Positions 1 through 13,600 of a DNA stretch of 63,874 bases are shown here, piece by piece. The first letter of the stretch is position 1; the number at the start of each line of letters is the position of its first letter. Both the position numbers and the translations under genes were made by a program. Origin of the DNA: Lama glama (Eukaryota); assembly GCA_028534125.1 (NCBI GenBank), contig CM052850.1:24614001-24677874 (forward strand). The letters are read 5' to 3'. The notes under the pieces were generated by a model. It did no database searches. It was not told the origin of the DNA and worked only from the letters and a program-made list of their open reading frames with translations.

Positions 1-3000
1 CACTAACACGGCTGTGCCAAATCAGATGAGCCTCTTACCCTCTCTGGTCTCCCAATTTCTCACTGTAAAATGGGAGAAGGAAAGAAAACCATATCAAGTT
101 TGAATGTCTNNNNNNNNNNNNNNNNNNNNNNNNNNNNNNNNNNNNNNNNNNNNNNNNNNNNNNNNNNNNNNNNNNNNNNNNNNNNNNNNNNNNNNNNNNN
201 NNNNNNNNNNNNNNNNNNNNNNNNNNNNNNNNNNNNNNNNNACTGAACTCTGCACAGCTCCCTGTACCCCTCCCCACCTCACTGTGTTGGTTCCTATGGC
301 TTGAAGAAGGTGATTTTAATTTTAAAAGTTGTTTGTTTAAAAGTTGTTTTCACCATAGAAAACATCAAGTATCCAAATTTAAAGGAAATGCTGTGACCAG
401 CCCCGTCTGCCCGTTGCCAGCTTTGACAATTTATCAGCTCACGTCCAACCTCGTCTCATCGCCACTCCTCCCCCGGCCCCGCCCCTGGGTTACTCTGAAG
501 CCACGTCCCATCTACACATATTTTCCTCAGTGTCTTTAAGAGACAAGGACAGAGCTGGTTTAGATAGTGACGCAACTGCTGGTCAGATGAAGCATTTTGC
601 GTCCCAAAGTTGTCTTTGAATTTGGGTCACCTCTTCACAGTGTGGGAAAGCACCTTTACCAAGAACAGATGCCTCAGACGTCTCACAGACTCTGCAACAC
701 AAATCAGAACATCCATACACACTGGGTTTTTTTAGAAAGCAACTTTGAGACTTCAGGAGTGATTCTAGGGTGGTCTGAAGTCAACTGTCCTCGAGAAACT
801 ATCAATGTGACATGCAAAGCAGGTGACTTAGTTTAAAGCCTGCCTGTGCTGGGCCCCAAACCCCTGCAGCACCAGCCGCAGCCCCTCACCTACAGCTTAG
901 GGCGAGCATCAGCGGTGGCGATGAGCGGGCAGCCAGGGCCCCCGCGGGCTGAGGCCCTGGAGCTGGACTCCCTGTCAGCCCCTGGCTCTACGGCTCCCGA
1001 ACCTGTGGCCGAACAAGCCAGGCCTCCCCGGGGCCTCGGTGGCCCCATCTGCAGAACAGGAACAATCATCTCAGTCTCTGTCACGAGCTGTCTGGGAACC
1101 AAATGAGCTTCAGAGCACACGGGAAGCGCTCCGCGAGCCCTGGGGTCCTGGGACCGTCTTCCTGGTTTCCAAGCCCGGGTGACACTCCGCAGCCAGACGC
1201 CGGCTGTGCTCAGAGACGGCCTCCCGACAGGTCAGCTGTACGTGCCCGTGCTAACCCGAGAGAACAGACTGAAGTATGAAAACTTTGTCTTGTGAGCCTG
1301 ATCCTCCTGGATCTTCTGCTATTTCCTCCGCGCATGAGCGAGCCTGACACAAGGCAGGCATTCAGCCTCCCTCTCACGGGGGAAGACAGCACAGAAACAC
1401 CCTTTTCGAACAGAAAGAACTGAGTTTGTGCAAGAGCCGCCATTTCAAAGGCCTGGAGGGACAAGGGGAGGATTGTACATCGCATCTGGGGCTCCTCACC
1501 AGAGCGGCTGGCCCACCGGACAGTAAACACGCCTCGAATGGAATCAGAGTTCTGGGGCAGCAGCGCCTCTTCTGTGAGTCACAGGCGGCGTGCTCCCGAG
1601 ACCTGTCAGGGTAAGCGCATCTGTCCCTGGATGGAGGCCCTCCCACAGCACAACGTGAATGGCAGCTCGGAGCCCGGCCCTGAGTCGCCCACGGTCTGTC
1701 TAAGCCGCCGTCCTGGGGCCCTCCGAGGCCAGTGAATGTGAGTGGACACGTCCAGGGATGCGTTCATGCCTTCTGCCTGCATCGCTCCTGGCCGCCTCTG
1801 CCCTGTGGAGCTCCTGGGCAAGACTACGTGCAGCCCAAGGACACTCAAGCTTTTAACGCACATGCTTCCGTAGCAATAAACTACATACATATTTACATTA
1901 ATCGACCAACAAAAGTCACATCTTGCAATGTCATTTAATCAGAACTCCATATGATTAAGTAACTGGATTGCTCCCTGTGCCCCCACCCCAGCCAACAAGC
2001 CACCAGAAAAGCCTAGATCCTTGCCACCTCGAGTCAAATGCCCACAAAGTGCCTTGTGTGTGCTCCCTGAAGGTGAGGGGGGTGGGGACTCGGTGACACC
2101 CCAGGGAGATACAGCCACTCCAGTGAATGAGGGTCACACCATCAAACGTCAGAGGCAGAAGGCCTGGCCTCTCAAGAGCTAACACAGAGCCCGATTGTTC
2201 AGAAGAAGAAACAGAGGCCCAGAGACAGGTGGGACCTGGCCACGGTCACATAGCTGCGAATGACAGCATGGCTCCAGCATGGCCATCCAGCACCGCCCTC
2301 TCAAAACTGCAAATACCTCTGAAAGCGGTAAAGACAGAGAGCGTCGGTACCCCTCCCCTTGCCAGGATGGAAGCTCAGAAGGACCCCCAGGACCCCTGCT
2401 GCCCCATTTCAGATGGGAAGCATGGAAGAAGGAATGGGTGTGCCGCACTCAGGACAGAGGGCGGCTGCCCTGAGGAGGCAGGACAGGGGACCTGGTTGTT
2501 GGACGTGTATGTGCGTGTGTGTGTGTCTGTTTCATGGGAGGGTCTGGGGGATTGGTTCCTGCCCCAACACAGCCTATGTCTATCTGGCAAGAGCTCCCAG
2601 AATCTCTGGGCAGGACAGTCCATGGGGAGAGGAGGGGATCTGGGGGCCCTTCCTGGCCTGGAGGCCAGGGAAGTTGGCCCTTGGCCAGTGGGAGCGGCAG
2701 GCCATGGCCACTTTCCTCTGGGACACACCTGCCCTATATGGGAGGCAGGGGGTCCCTCTGTCTCGTGATTAATCTACCCCCTCAGAGACCTTGGACAAAC
2801 ATTTAGACTGGGAACTCCCTTGTCTCATTTGTCCAAATATTTGTAGCTTGTGGGTCAGTCAAGTCATTTCCTGAAAGGTTAATTTGGAGTGGTTTCGACC
2901 CACACAATCTCCTTCCCCCCCCAGCACCGCAAGGGCCAACCTGAGCATCTCCAGTGTATCTGGAAGCTTCTGGTTCCATCCAGGGCCCCCCTGACATCCA

Positions 3001-3399
3001 GGATGTTGGGGGGAGGTGGGGGCAGGGAGTGAGGTAATGTTTCTGCATCTTCCCTCCTAGGACGCTCGGCGCTGGATATAGGAGCATCTCAGCGGCTCCT
3101 CCTGGCAACTCTGGTCAGGCAGGATTCAGAGCTGAGAACCCCAGGGCCTGGCCCTGGGCAGTGAGCTGCTCAAGCCGGTGGCACGGCTGGTGATGGTCTG
3201 GGCCTCAGTCGAACTGGGCTCTGTTCAATCCTGGACTCCAAGTCTCCCACAGACTTACATAAGTAGATTCATCCATCCGTTCATTCATTCCAGCAGCCCA
3301 TAAGGTTACTTTTTATCAGCATCCTCATGACTTTTGGCCATCATTTGCTAAACCTCCTCCTGGCTCAGACTTAATTCTCCAGAGCCTCTAGGGAGCAGG

Positions 3400-3480
3400 T
3401 ATGTTTTTTCCACCATTTTACAGATGGGGCCACTGAGGTGCAGAGAGGTTGGGTAACCCACCTAAGGCTGCACAGCAGGA
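3400..3480. mobile_element. MIR SINE fragment
   Basis: MIR core: ccattttacagatg...actgaggtgcagagaggtt...cctaaggctgcacagc. Confidence 0.65.
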
Positions 3481-6400
3481 GGAGAACCACCCTGGAAGCC
3501 AAAAGTTCTGACCCCGCCAAGCTCCAGACCATTCCATCGCTACGTTCTTACAGCCCACCTAACGGTGTTCCCGCTACAAACTGGGGTGGGGATAGCGGGG
3601 CGTAGCTGAGTTTGCCGTCTGAGGAGAGGCTCGGTGGATAGAAGCACCCATGGAGAACTGACTTTGTTCCTGGCAGCGCAGCGGCTTGGCGGCCAGTGTG
3701 CCCCGCGGGGCGGGGCCTTCGGACCTGGACTCGGAAGCCCAGCGGCCGGGGGCGGGGTCGCAGGCAGAGGCGGGAAGGGCCTGGCAGCGCGCTGCTCCCG
3801 CCGGTCCCGCAGCCTGNNNNNNNNNNNNNNNNNNNNNNNNNNNNNNNNNNNNNNNNNNNNNNNNNNNNNNNNNNNNNNNNNNNNNNNNNNNNNNNNNNNN
3901 NNNNNNNNNNNNNNNNNNNNNNNNNNNNNNNNNNNNNNNNNNNNNNNNNNNNNNNNAGCATCGTTAAGGAGATATTTGACCTCGGGTTTAATTGCAGGAT
4001 GGAATAAACGGCTGGGACGGGCAGAGGGGGCCCGCCAGCTTGCAGGCAAGTTGAGGGCTCGGCATCCGGCATCCGCCAGCCCCGGAGAAAGTTGTGCGGC
4101 AGAGAAAGCGGCTCCTGTGGGCACCCGGGAGCCAAGTGCAGGTGGTGTGGTCCTTGGCCAGGGCTGCCCTGGCACCCTTGGGTGTGGGTGGATTTGGGTG
4201 GCTGTTGACGCTAGAGAGCGGCCCTCTTGCGGCCAGCGCCCTCCTTCTGCCTGGCCCCTGCTTTCCGAAGTCCCCCAGAAAAAAGCCGCCCCTACCCCTG
4301 CCCCCTCCCCTCGGCAGAACGCAAAGCTGCCTAGCTGAGTGTTAGGCTTGGGACGCCTCACCCCCGAGCGCAACAGACTAAACATGGGCTTGAAGTGTTC
4401 CCAACACAAACCTCCTGTATCTGTCCTGGCCGGGGAGGGTGCCGGGGAGCCCGGGATGCAGGCGCCCGGCACCTGCTGGAGAGAACGAAACACGTGCTGG
4501 CAGACAACTCATGGCAAGCAGGGAGGGGCTCCGAGAAGCAACCTGCCTCTGGGCCTGTGACCCCAGCGACTCCACAGGAAAAACGTGGCCTGTGACCTCC
4601 ATCTGCGCCGGAGGAGGGGGGCGGATTCCGGACTGCGGCAGCGGAGGGTGCACTTGGTTGCTGCTCAATGTCAAGACTACAAAAGCCGTCAAGGGAGTGT
4701 CAGCTGAGCGCACGGCTTTGACAAATGACAACTGTTTGAGAGAAGGGAGTGCCAATAACTGTGATTTGGGCCCAAGTTACTCGACCTTGGTGGTTCCTAC
4801 CTGGGAGGGAGTGGGTAAGCGAGTGAAAGCCATGGGCTGCTATTCCCCCAGATGCACCCGCATACCTGGGTTTGCACCTCCCACATCAAGACCCTTTGGT
4901 TTTGAGTTAAGAACATCCCCCACCACTACTCTTCAACAGATTGACTCTGTTACCTAAGACGCATGCCGGGATGCAAACTCCCAGACACAACAAAGGGGTC
5001 CCAGGTCGGTTTCCAGGGGTCGGCGTGGAGCCCTGGTGGGCAGGGGCGGGGCAGGGAGGGCAGGCACAGCCCTTACATCGTCTCCCCTTCCTGTGTAGCT
5101 CCTCCCCACAGGTGGGCGCGCTCCACCTAAACCCGCAGTCAGAATAAGTCGTCCTAAGAGCAGCTCTCCTTTCCTGTGGAAGAGTCTACCTGCAGAATCC
5201 TAACGGCCAAGCACTCACCCCCCATTTCCCTCTTCCTGGAGAGACATTTTTTCCTTTGGTTCCTGTGACTTCTTAGCTGCTGGGGAGCCGGGCGGATCGC
5301 TGAGTCAGGGTGAGCCTGGCCTTCAAAGCCTATTTGACTAACGTCTGTGGGCTTTGTAGTACCCGGGAAGCAGAGATTCAGGACGGGCAATGTGGCCCGG
5401 ACACTGCTGGAAGCCCAGGCCGGGTGATCTCTACACCACTGCCACCCATGTGCAGCAGCCCAGCACCCTGTGCACAGAACCGGAGGCTGAACTGATCCCA
5501 GAGGGTGGAGCAGCATCTACACAGAGTGTGGAAGTGTACTGGGAAGCCAGAATCTCCCACCCCAATGTCCTCTACAAGATCAGACAGGGCCCTGAGCTGG
5601 CTGCACAGCCATCAGTCTCCAGATCACTCTGCCTGTGGAGACTCAGTGCACTCTGTTTGGAGGGCTGGGGGTGCGTTTCCACAAGGAAGCATGTGGTTGT
5701 GGTCCCTGGTGATCCCCGAGGGGTGCAGCGCCCCGCATCAACCTGCCTCCCACGACACGGAATCCCTCCTGCTGGCTGCCAGTGAGGCGCTCTCTCCAGC
5801 TGGGTCCCGCTTTTCTTGCTCTGGTTCTCATTCAACTAATGGAAAGGAGGCAAAAGCCAGCACATGCCATGGCTGTGCTTTCGAATCAACGGAGTAAAAG
5901 AGGGCAGTGAGTGTTGAGCAAAAGAGAAAACACTTCTCTGGGGATGGAGGAATTGCCGTGGCCTTTGGAAAGCCAACTGCTTTACCCCAGGAAAAAGTCA
6001 TCCAGGCCAGGAAGCAAATGTCAGAGCCTGGGGTAATTACATTATTTTTAAAATAAAGAAAAGAAGAGAGACAAGGGGAAAGCTGGCGGGGGGGAGGAGA
6101 GACGGGAGGCTGAGTTTACCCAGCCCCAGTGTCCCAGAGAGCTCTCTGGGTACTCTTAGAAAGGGGCACTGCAGGACTTAAATTAGGGTTCTTCTTATCC
6201 AGAAACCTGATTGTGCTGCTGTGGATGGGAGTGGAAATGATAGCAAATAGAGTCCCGATTTTGCGGAGTGGAGGGAAGAGACATGACAATTTCACCCAGT
6301 TAGAGGAAGATGGTCGGGGTTCTGCTAAAGGTCTCAGTGGCCCAGAATGCAGCTCCCTTCGATTGGACCTGGGACGGGAGCACCACCAGCTCCACCGGCA

Positions 6401-6499
6401 GGCTGTTTGTAATTCCACCCTTTTTTCATGAACATAAACACAACTTGAACAAAAATATACATGGCCACCTACTTCGTGGGAAAGACGGCCCTGCGCCCA

Positions 6500-8500
6500 C
6501 CGGCCTGGGCTCGCCCACAGGCCAGGACCCCCTGCATTCGCGACGCGCCCCGGGGCGCCCTTGTCCATGCGGTCCACGCGCTGCGCGGGCCGGACTGAGG
6601 CCGCCTTCGGGTGACTTTGAAGCTGGAGGCCTCCCAGCTCTCCAGCCGTCCCCCCACGGTACAGCCTGTCATCCCGGCTGGCTGCTGCCGGAGCCCCAGC
6701 GGAGGTGCTGAGTTGTCAGCGTAAATTCCTAGTTAAGCCACTTGTTGATAAAGCCTCAGGGCAAATTGGTGCCTCTTTACCTGCCCGCCCCCGCCCACCG
6801 CGCTCGCCGGCGCGGCTCTAATTGCAGGCGGAGCTGGTCGCCGGCGGCAGCGGCAGCCTCGCACCGAGCTAACTGAGTTGGGACCCGCGCGGTCTCCGTT
6901 CAGCCGGACGCCTGGAGCGGAGAGGCGGGGAAAGGAAGGAGCTGCGGGCGGGGGGCAAGTCTCCTGGGACCTCTGGCCTGGGGGTGCAGGCCCGCACTCG
7001 CTGGGGTGGGCTTTTGGTGGAGGAAGAGTAATAATGCGAGGAGGTCTCTGCCGTCCACAGAAATGGACGCGGTGACCGTCTGGCAGCTGCCGTTGGTGTG
7101 CCAGCCCCCGGCATCCGCGACCCCGAAATCCAGGCCCTTGGTTCGCATCCCCTCCCAGCACGTGTGCGTCTGTACGCGCTCCTGGCGCCCGCGGGGATCT
7201 CCTCCAGCGCGCCCCGCCCCGCATCAGAGCTCACCAGAGTCCGCCTGCAGTCTTGGGTCTGAGCTTCGCCCTCTTGCACCCGGCTCTGTATCCCCATTTC
7301 GGGCCCCGCGCCTGCGCGAATTAAAAATCGGGAGGGTTTCCGAGGCCGCAATGGGAAATCAGCCTGACTGGTCCCGGCTCCGGCTCCAGGCTTCGTCTCT
7401 GGGGGCACAGGCAGGTTCCCCGTTAAATTCAGGCCCCTAACAACGTAGCTGGAATTGTCCTCAGCTTGTTTTTCCCCCTCCCTAACGTTATTGCCTAATC
7501 ATTGGTCTCCGTTATTTCCCATTAGCAATACAGACACATCCCAAGCAATTTTGCACTTTAAGTGCATTTCCTGGTTTTGCAGGGGAAATAAAGTTCGAGG
7601 CAGCCCGGCTTCATGGAGCTTAGAGTCTGATCCCAGTGTCTCACCCTCTAGCGGCAACCTAGGTTGCATTCAGAGTCCAGAGCGCAGACCCTTCCTATCC
7701 GCCCCTCTCCCGTGGGCCCAGCGGCCGCGGTATCCGAGACTGGATGGTCCCACCGCGGTCAAAGGGACGCTACGGGGCCCGGAGACGCGCCCGCACTCGG
7801 TTTCCAGAAGGTGCCTCTCTGCGAGCACGAGTCCCGGGTGCGCCCTGGTGCCCCAAGCTCCGACCTCTCTGCCGCGGGAGAAGGCTGAATCCGACCCCTC
7901 GGCTCCCACCCAGGCAGGGCCAGGCAAGTGAGAAAGAGGAGCTCGCTGCCCCCACCTCCCAAGACCCTACCCCGTCCTGAGAGTTTTCGGATTTGCAGCT
8001 CCAGCGTCCGGCGCCCCCTCCCCGGAGATGGTCGAGGTAAAATAAACACCGCGTTCAAGCAAGCAGAACCCATCATTAGCCCAAAGCACGGTTAAAATAA
8101 TTGCTTCGTCGCAGGCCGACAGCAGTAGTAACCAGCCTGGCCTTCCCAGGACCCTCCCGCCGCCGCTGCCAGAGCCTCGGTGGACGCGGAGCCAAGGCGC
8201 AGCCGGGCCGGCCCCGACCCCGAGGGGTGGCGCGCGCGGCACGGAGCCCCGCGGGCCTGGGTCCGCGCGGGGAGGAACGCTCCCTGGGCTTCCTGCGCGA
8301 GTCAGATGCACCGCCTCGGCCGAAAGCCAGCCCTCCACAATCATGTCTGGGAGGCGACGTGAGAGTGCCCGAGTCAGACTCGAAAAATCAGAGTGAGTCT
8401 CGGCTGCTTAAAAAGGAGAGAGAGACAGAAAGAAGTTAGGGGCAGGTAGGCGGCGGTGCAGGGCGGGCAGCCACCCTGAAGCTAAGTCCTCTAAAAAATG
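6500..8500. promoter_or_regulatory. Orphan CpG island with AT-rich TF-motif patches (probable enhancer or Polycomb island within the FENDRR span)
   Basis: CpG-dense sequence with embedded AT-rich patches carrying TGTCA, GATAA, TAAT and ATAAACA motifs at about 6710-6830 and 8035-8105. Confidence 0.55.
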
Positions 8501-10609
8501 CGGCTTTGCAAAAAAACGCGGAGAGAACGTGAGCGCGTGGAGAAGGGGGTGTTGGGACACTCATTACTGGTCTCTTTAAAGGGCAAATTTGACTCCTAAT
8601 TGAGTTAGTTTTCATGGCGAATTAAGCGGATCTGAGCCCAGTTTAGGGGTGGGAATGACCCTGCGGAAGTTTTGCCTGCAGCTGCCACGTGGACCTAACT
8701 CTTTCAAAACGTTAACAGGGAAGAGGGAGGTGGGAGGAGAACAGAGATAAAAAGATTGATTTTGACCCTGGGAATATAACAAAATATTTGAAGTATTTTG
8801 AGCTTTTTGAAATAGCTGGTTTCCAATGTCAGGGATGGAAATTTTGCATATAATTAAATTCTAATTATCAAGAAAAATCCCCAGGATAAAAGTTAATTGG
8901 TGCTGGGGTAGAGAAGTGAAGTACTTATATGAACACCATGTTCCCAAAGCAAATTAGTTTTTAAAACGAACCCAAGCTAGGCTCTGTGTGTGATCAAACT
9001 GTTCCAAGATTTAGTGTATCTCATGCACTGAAAAAATATTTTCCAAAATAAAGGAGTATGTTTCAGAAACTTTGAGTGGCTACTTTACATTTGATTTTTA
9101 AATTCTACAGGGTAGAAAGCTGCCAGCTGGTAGGAAGGTGAGCATTGATTGAGAGGCAAAAATAAGAATTGGAGAAAGGGACACAGCATTTTAAAAGTCA
9201 AGGACCTCTGCCAGCGCTGGGCTAGCGGAGCAGCGGGGCAATTGCCCCAGGTGGAGACCTAGTGCCTGGGCTGGTCGGACCCCTACTCCGAGGGCTGGAG
9301 GTCCACTCCTGGGGGGCCAGGGACCCCCTCAGTCCCCAAGCTCAGCCAATGGCACTCCAATGTCTACCTTGCTCCAAGTCCTCCTGCCCCAATTTCACTC
9401 CACAAAAAGGGTGGCAATAAAGAGTTTCCCTTGACACCCTGGGGGAGGGAAGTCTGGGGTCTCAACAAGCCCTCACCCTCAGCGAGACAGATGCCCTGGA
9501 GGAACACGGATGTTCAAGCCAGGCCCCACCACCCACCATGCCTGGCGTTTCTCAGAAACCAGACTGTTGGGGAGCAGTGCCGGGGAGTGGGTAGGGAGGG
9601 GTGGAACCCCCTGGAGGGGGTCACAGGGCAGGGACCCAAAGGCTGGAGGCTGCTATTCTGTTACTACACGTGGTGGAAAGCTGGAGGTGGGACATACGTT
9701 AAGCAGAGCCTCCGAGTTAAGAGACAACCATCTCCCCTCTTCTTCCTGGAGGTGACAGTGGCAGCCCAGAGTTGGGACCCCACATGCGCCCTGGAGAGGA
9801 GGAGGGAAGTGTCTTACAGTGGAGCCACGTTTAAGGAGCCCTGACTGTTGGCCGGCTGCTCTCCTGTCGGTGAAATGGGCTCAGCAACAAATTCCGGGCC
9901 CCCGCTGGGACACAGCGGGCGCTCACCACTAAAGAGGACGCCTTTCTTGTCTAGCCTCCGGCAGCCCGAGGGTGGAGACAACTTCATTTTCACTATCATG
10001 CAAATGAGAAAAGGGGCACAGAGGTCCCACAGCAGCCGGGGCAGAAAGGTGGGATTCTAATCCAGGTCTTCGGCTGCCAGGTCCCTGCTCCTGCGGCACC
10101 CTCGCAAGGGCTGGGAGCCCAAGAGGGACTCTGCTGACTGCAAGAGGGTGACCAGGGACCAAGCCTGGCCCGGGTGTGTGTAGGGGGACACACCTGACAC
10201 TTCATCACCCTTCTGTGTGTCTGAATTGTCAAATGGCTGGAGGAGGCTCCTCTCCAACCCAACCAGACACTCTGCTCCCCGAAGTAGGTGCCTGGATTGT
10301 GAGCTATGATCCCTTTGATGCTGCATGAGGTGGGGGCCCATTTTCACTGGTGGCAAAACAGAGCACCCAGGGGAGGGGACTGGTCCAAAGTCACACGTGA
10401 GCCGATTCCCCTATTTGAGTTCACGCCACCAAAACTTGGTCTGTCAAGCTGAGCCCCATCGGATTTCAGGATCATCAGGAGAAAGGGATGAAGAATCTCA
10501 CCCCAGTGCCCCGAACACCAGGGGTGAGAGAGCACCCCAAAAATAACAACCAGGCTAAGAATGACTCACAGCTCTCAACTACCCAGAAGGAGGTGCTGTC
10601 ACTGCTCTG

Positions 10610-10675
10610 GTTCTGCAGATGAAGAAACCTAGGCACAGAGAGGTAAGGCCACCAGCCCCGGGTCACACAGCCATG
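10610..10675. mobile_element. MIR SINE fragment
   Basis: cagatgaagaaacctaggcacagagaggtaagg...ggtcacacagc. Confidence 0.6.
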
Positions 10676-13600
10676 GAAGCCAAGCTTCAGTGTGGTTTTA
10701 CTTGTTTAAGAATTTTGCCCTGGTTCACATTTAGGTGCCCCTTTAGCCCCCTCCAGACCCTGCTCAGAGTACTTCCCGGTTCTAGGGCCACTCCATGGGT
10801 GGATACTGATCTTTTCCCGATTTTAAGATAAGGGAAGTGGAGGCACCCAGAGGTGAAATCATCTGCGAAGGCTCCCCTCCTTCCGTGCTGCCCGGGCCTC
10901 CACCTAGGGCTTTACACTCACAGGGCCCCAGGGACAGTGGAAAGGGCCCCATGGCGACCTTTCCTGGCTCTTGGGGAAGCCCCACCCCAGGGCTAAGTGA
11001 GATGTAGTCTGGGACCCGCTCCTTGGAAAACTGGACTCAGAGAAATTTCCAGTATAGAGTGGCCACAGCCTGTCCAGTGCCTGAAGTCCCGGAGATACGT
11101 GCCCAGTGTGTGCCCAGCTGGGGCTGTGCCTCCAGACACGCGTGCATGCACACATACCCCTCTGATTCTCTCTCTGTCTCTGTCCCTCCCTTCCTCCATC
11201 CCTCCCTCCCACACACACTCCTCTCTCTCCACTCGGAGCCCCTGGCCCAACCCTTAGAGCCTCCCTGCCTCCCCAGACCCGGGAGTCCCTCCTTCCTCTC
11301 CTCCATGGGAGCTCTGTTTCTCTCTCAACCTTGGCTTTGATCTCTTGGTGTGTGAACCCCTGCTTCTCTCATAATCTGGGACTCACCCTCCTCTCTAAGT
11401 TCTGGTGACCAGAAAACGGGGGCCTTTCGGGAACGGGGTGGGTCTCCGTGTCTCAGTGCCACCTGTGCCTCTCTGTTCTGCACGCACACGGCAGGCTGCC
11501 CGCACCCCATGCAGCTTGGTCTGTGCAGGAGCTGTGTCTTTCTCCCCGTGTCACACACACACACAGCTGGCGGCCCCGCCGGTGTCGGGGCTGTGCTAGT
11601 CCCTGCACACCCACGTGCAAATCCTCCCAGGGGGTCCCTGGGGCAGCTCGGACACAACCTGGCTGGGACAAAAGGACCCAAACCCGACCTGGGGGGAGGC
11701 GTGGGAAGAGGAGGTCACCTTCCTCAGCGAGCCCGGGGCTCCGGGCCGCCTGCAGGCGGGTAAAGCTCCTTTCCCTCCCCGCTTCCTGAGCCAGGCCGGG
11801 TTGCGCCGGTTGTTTTCTTCCTAGAAATAATGCTTGTTCTCAACACCCTCTAAGTGGGAATAGACACAGCATTACAAGCTATAAATGGAGACCAACAGGC
11901 ACATTTTGAGTGTGCGCACTGGCAGGTTTCCGGGAGCAAATTGCTGCTTTTGATTAAGTAACAAATCTGAGCAGGCACCCCTCGGTCCCCACCTGGCCTG
12001 GCCCTCGGCCCTGGTCTCACGCTGTTCTAACTCCCTCTTCCCGAAGGTCGAATGCGTGGGTCTTATTTTATCTCCCCCTCAAATCTGAAAAACAGAAAAT
12101 ACCCGAGCTTTGACATTTAATTTATAATTTCCTTGTTTTCTGTCTTTTTGAACCCTGTTCATTTTCCTCTTCTGTCTCTCCACTTCGCCCAGCCCCAGAC
12201 TTATGTCCACGGGGAGGCCGGCCCTCTGAGTAAGTGCCACGGGGCAGTCCCTTTCTCTCTGCCGTGCCTTCTGGGAGATGCTTCCTTCTCCCCCTCTGTG
12301 CGGATTCTCTGTTCAGAAACAAATTCTGGGCACACTCCCTCCTGCACACACACATCCTCACACATCCCCTGCGAGAAGGAACAGCTTCTTGCCATCTTTC
12401 TGAGCACAGCTGTCCAGGCAGCGGGGGCAGAGATCCACCGGGTGCCTCTGTGCCAGCCCCTGTGGGAAGGAGAGCGGCCCAGGCGCGGTGGGGGGAGCGC
12501 CAGGACGCGCTTTGTCCCCGGGCCCTCCTCTGTTCCTTAGAGCAGGGTGCAGAGAATGCCAGAAAACTCCCCAAAATCTCGCAGGGAAGAGGGCTGTAAA
12601 TTCCTGGGCTGCAACGTTGTCAAATATTTCATTAAAGAACGTCATGGAAAATGTGTGCTTTTGGGTAAAAGGCCAAGTGGAAGGGCAAACACAAGCCTCT
12701 GTCTTTCTCTTTTTTTTCTTGACCAAAATATGAACCTCTCTCTAATGTATAGCTGACGGGGGAGATTAACTGCCAGGCCCTGGGTCAGGGACAGCCCTCA
12801 CCGCAGCCTCGCCCTAGACGTGGCCCTGGTGGTCCCCACAGGTGGGATTTCCGGGCCCCAAATGTGCCTGTGCCGAGGGGGTGTGGCAGGGCCTGTGAAG
12901 CCAGAGGGTATGGCTCTCTCCTCCTCACTTGCGGGGACCCCAGGAGGAACTGAAGGGGCCCCGGGATCTGGCTTGCCGCTGACAGGAGGGGACGGCGGGA
13001 CTGCTGTGGTTTGGACTTTGGTCGGCAGCGATGCACACGAGGGGGGACAGCATCCCTAGCCGTGGGTGTGCAACTCAGAAGGGGAGCCTTCCCCACAGCC
13101 CCGCACGCCAGGCACCGGGGCCCCCCGGGACTGGGGGCCATATGGCCAGTGCTCATTCTGCCCACATTTTTTGTCTCTGCATCTTTTCTGTGCTGGCTGC
13201 AGATGGAGGTCCCGGTCCTGAGTGCATAGCCTCTCAAAGACCCACACACAGTGCAGATCGTCCCCGCATCTCCCTCCCATGCCAAGGACAGCTCTCCCTT
13301 CCCAGCACAACGAAGTGCGGGAAGGCTGCTCTGTCACTGCAGAGGTGAAGCAGGAAAAGCACTTCGCTTCCCTGGGACCTGAGATTAAACCAGAGCCGGC
13401 CGCCCAGCATGTGGTTGAGGTTTCTGAGCTAGTGATGACCTCGAGGCGCCCAGGGAAGGCACACAGTCAGGCCTCAGTAGCCTTTAGCTGTGTGATCTTT
13501 GCGGTTTCATTATTGCGTGTTGGGCTGCATGCAAACCGCCTGACAGTCTTGGACCTGGGTCGCCATGCTCTACCGCAAACACACCGCCTGATGCTGGGGC

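Noticed and set aside
3540-4493. Long overlapping ORFs on both strands (317, 234 and 195 aa)
   Set aside because: CpG-island composition suppresses stops and the N-run inflates length. There is no recognisable domain.
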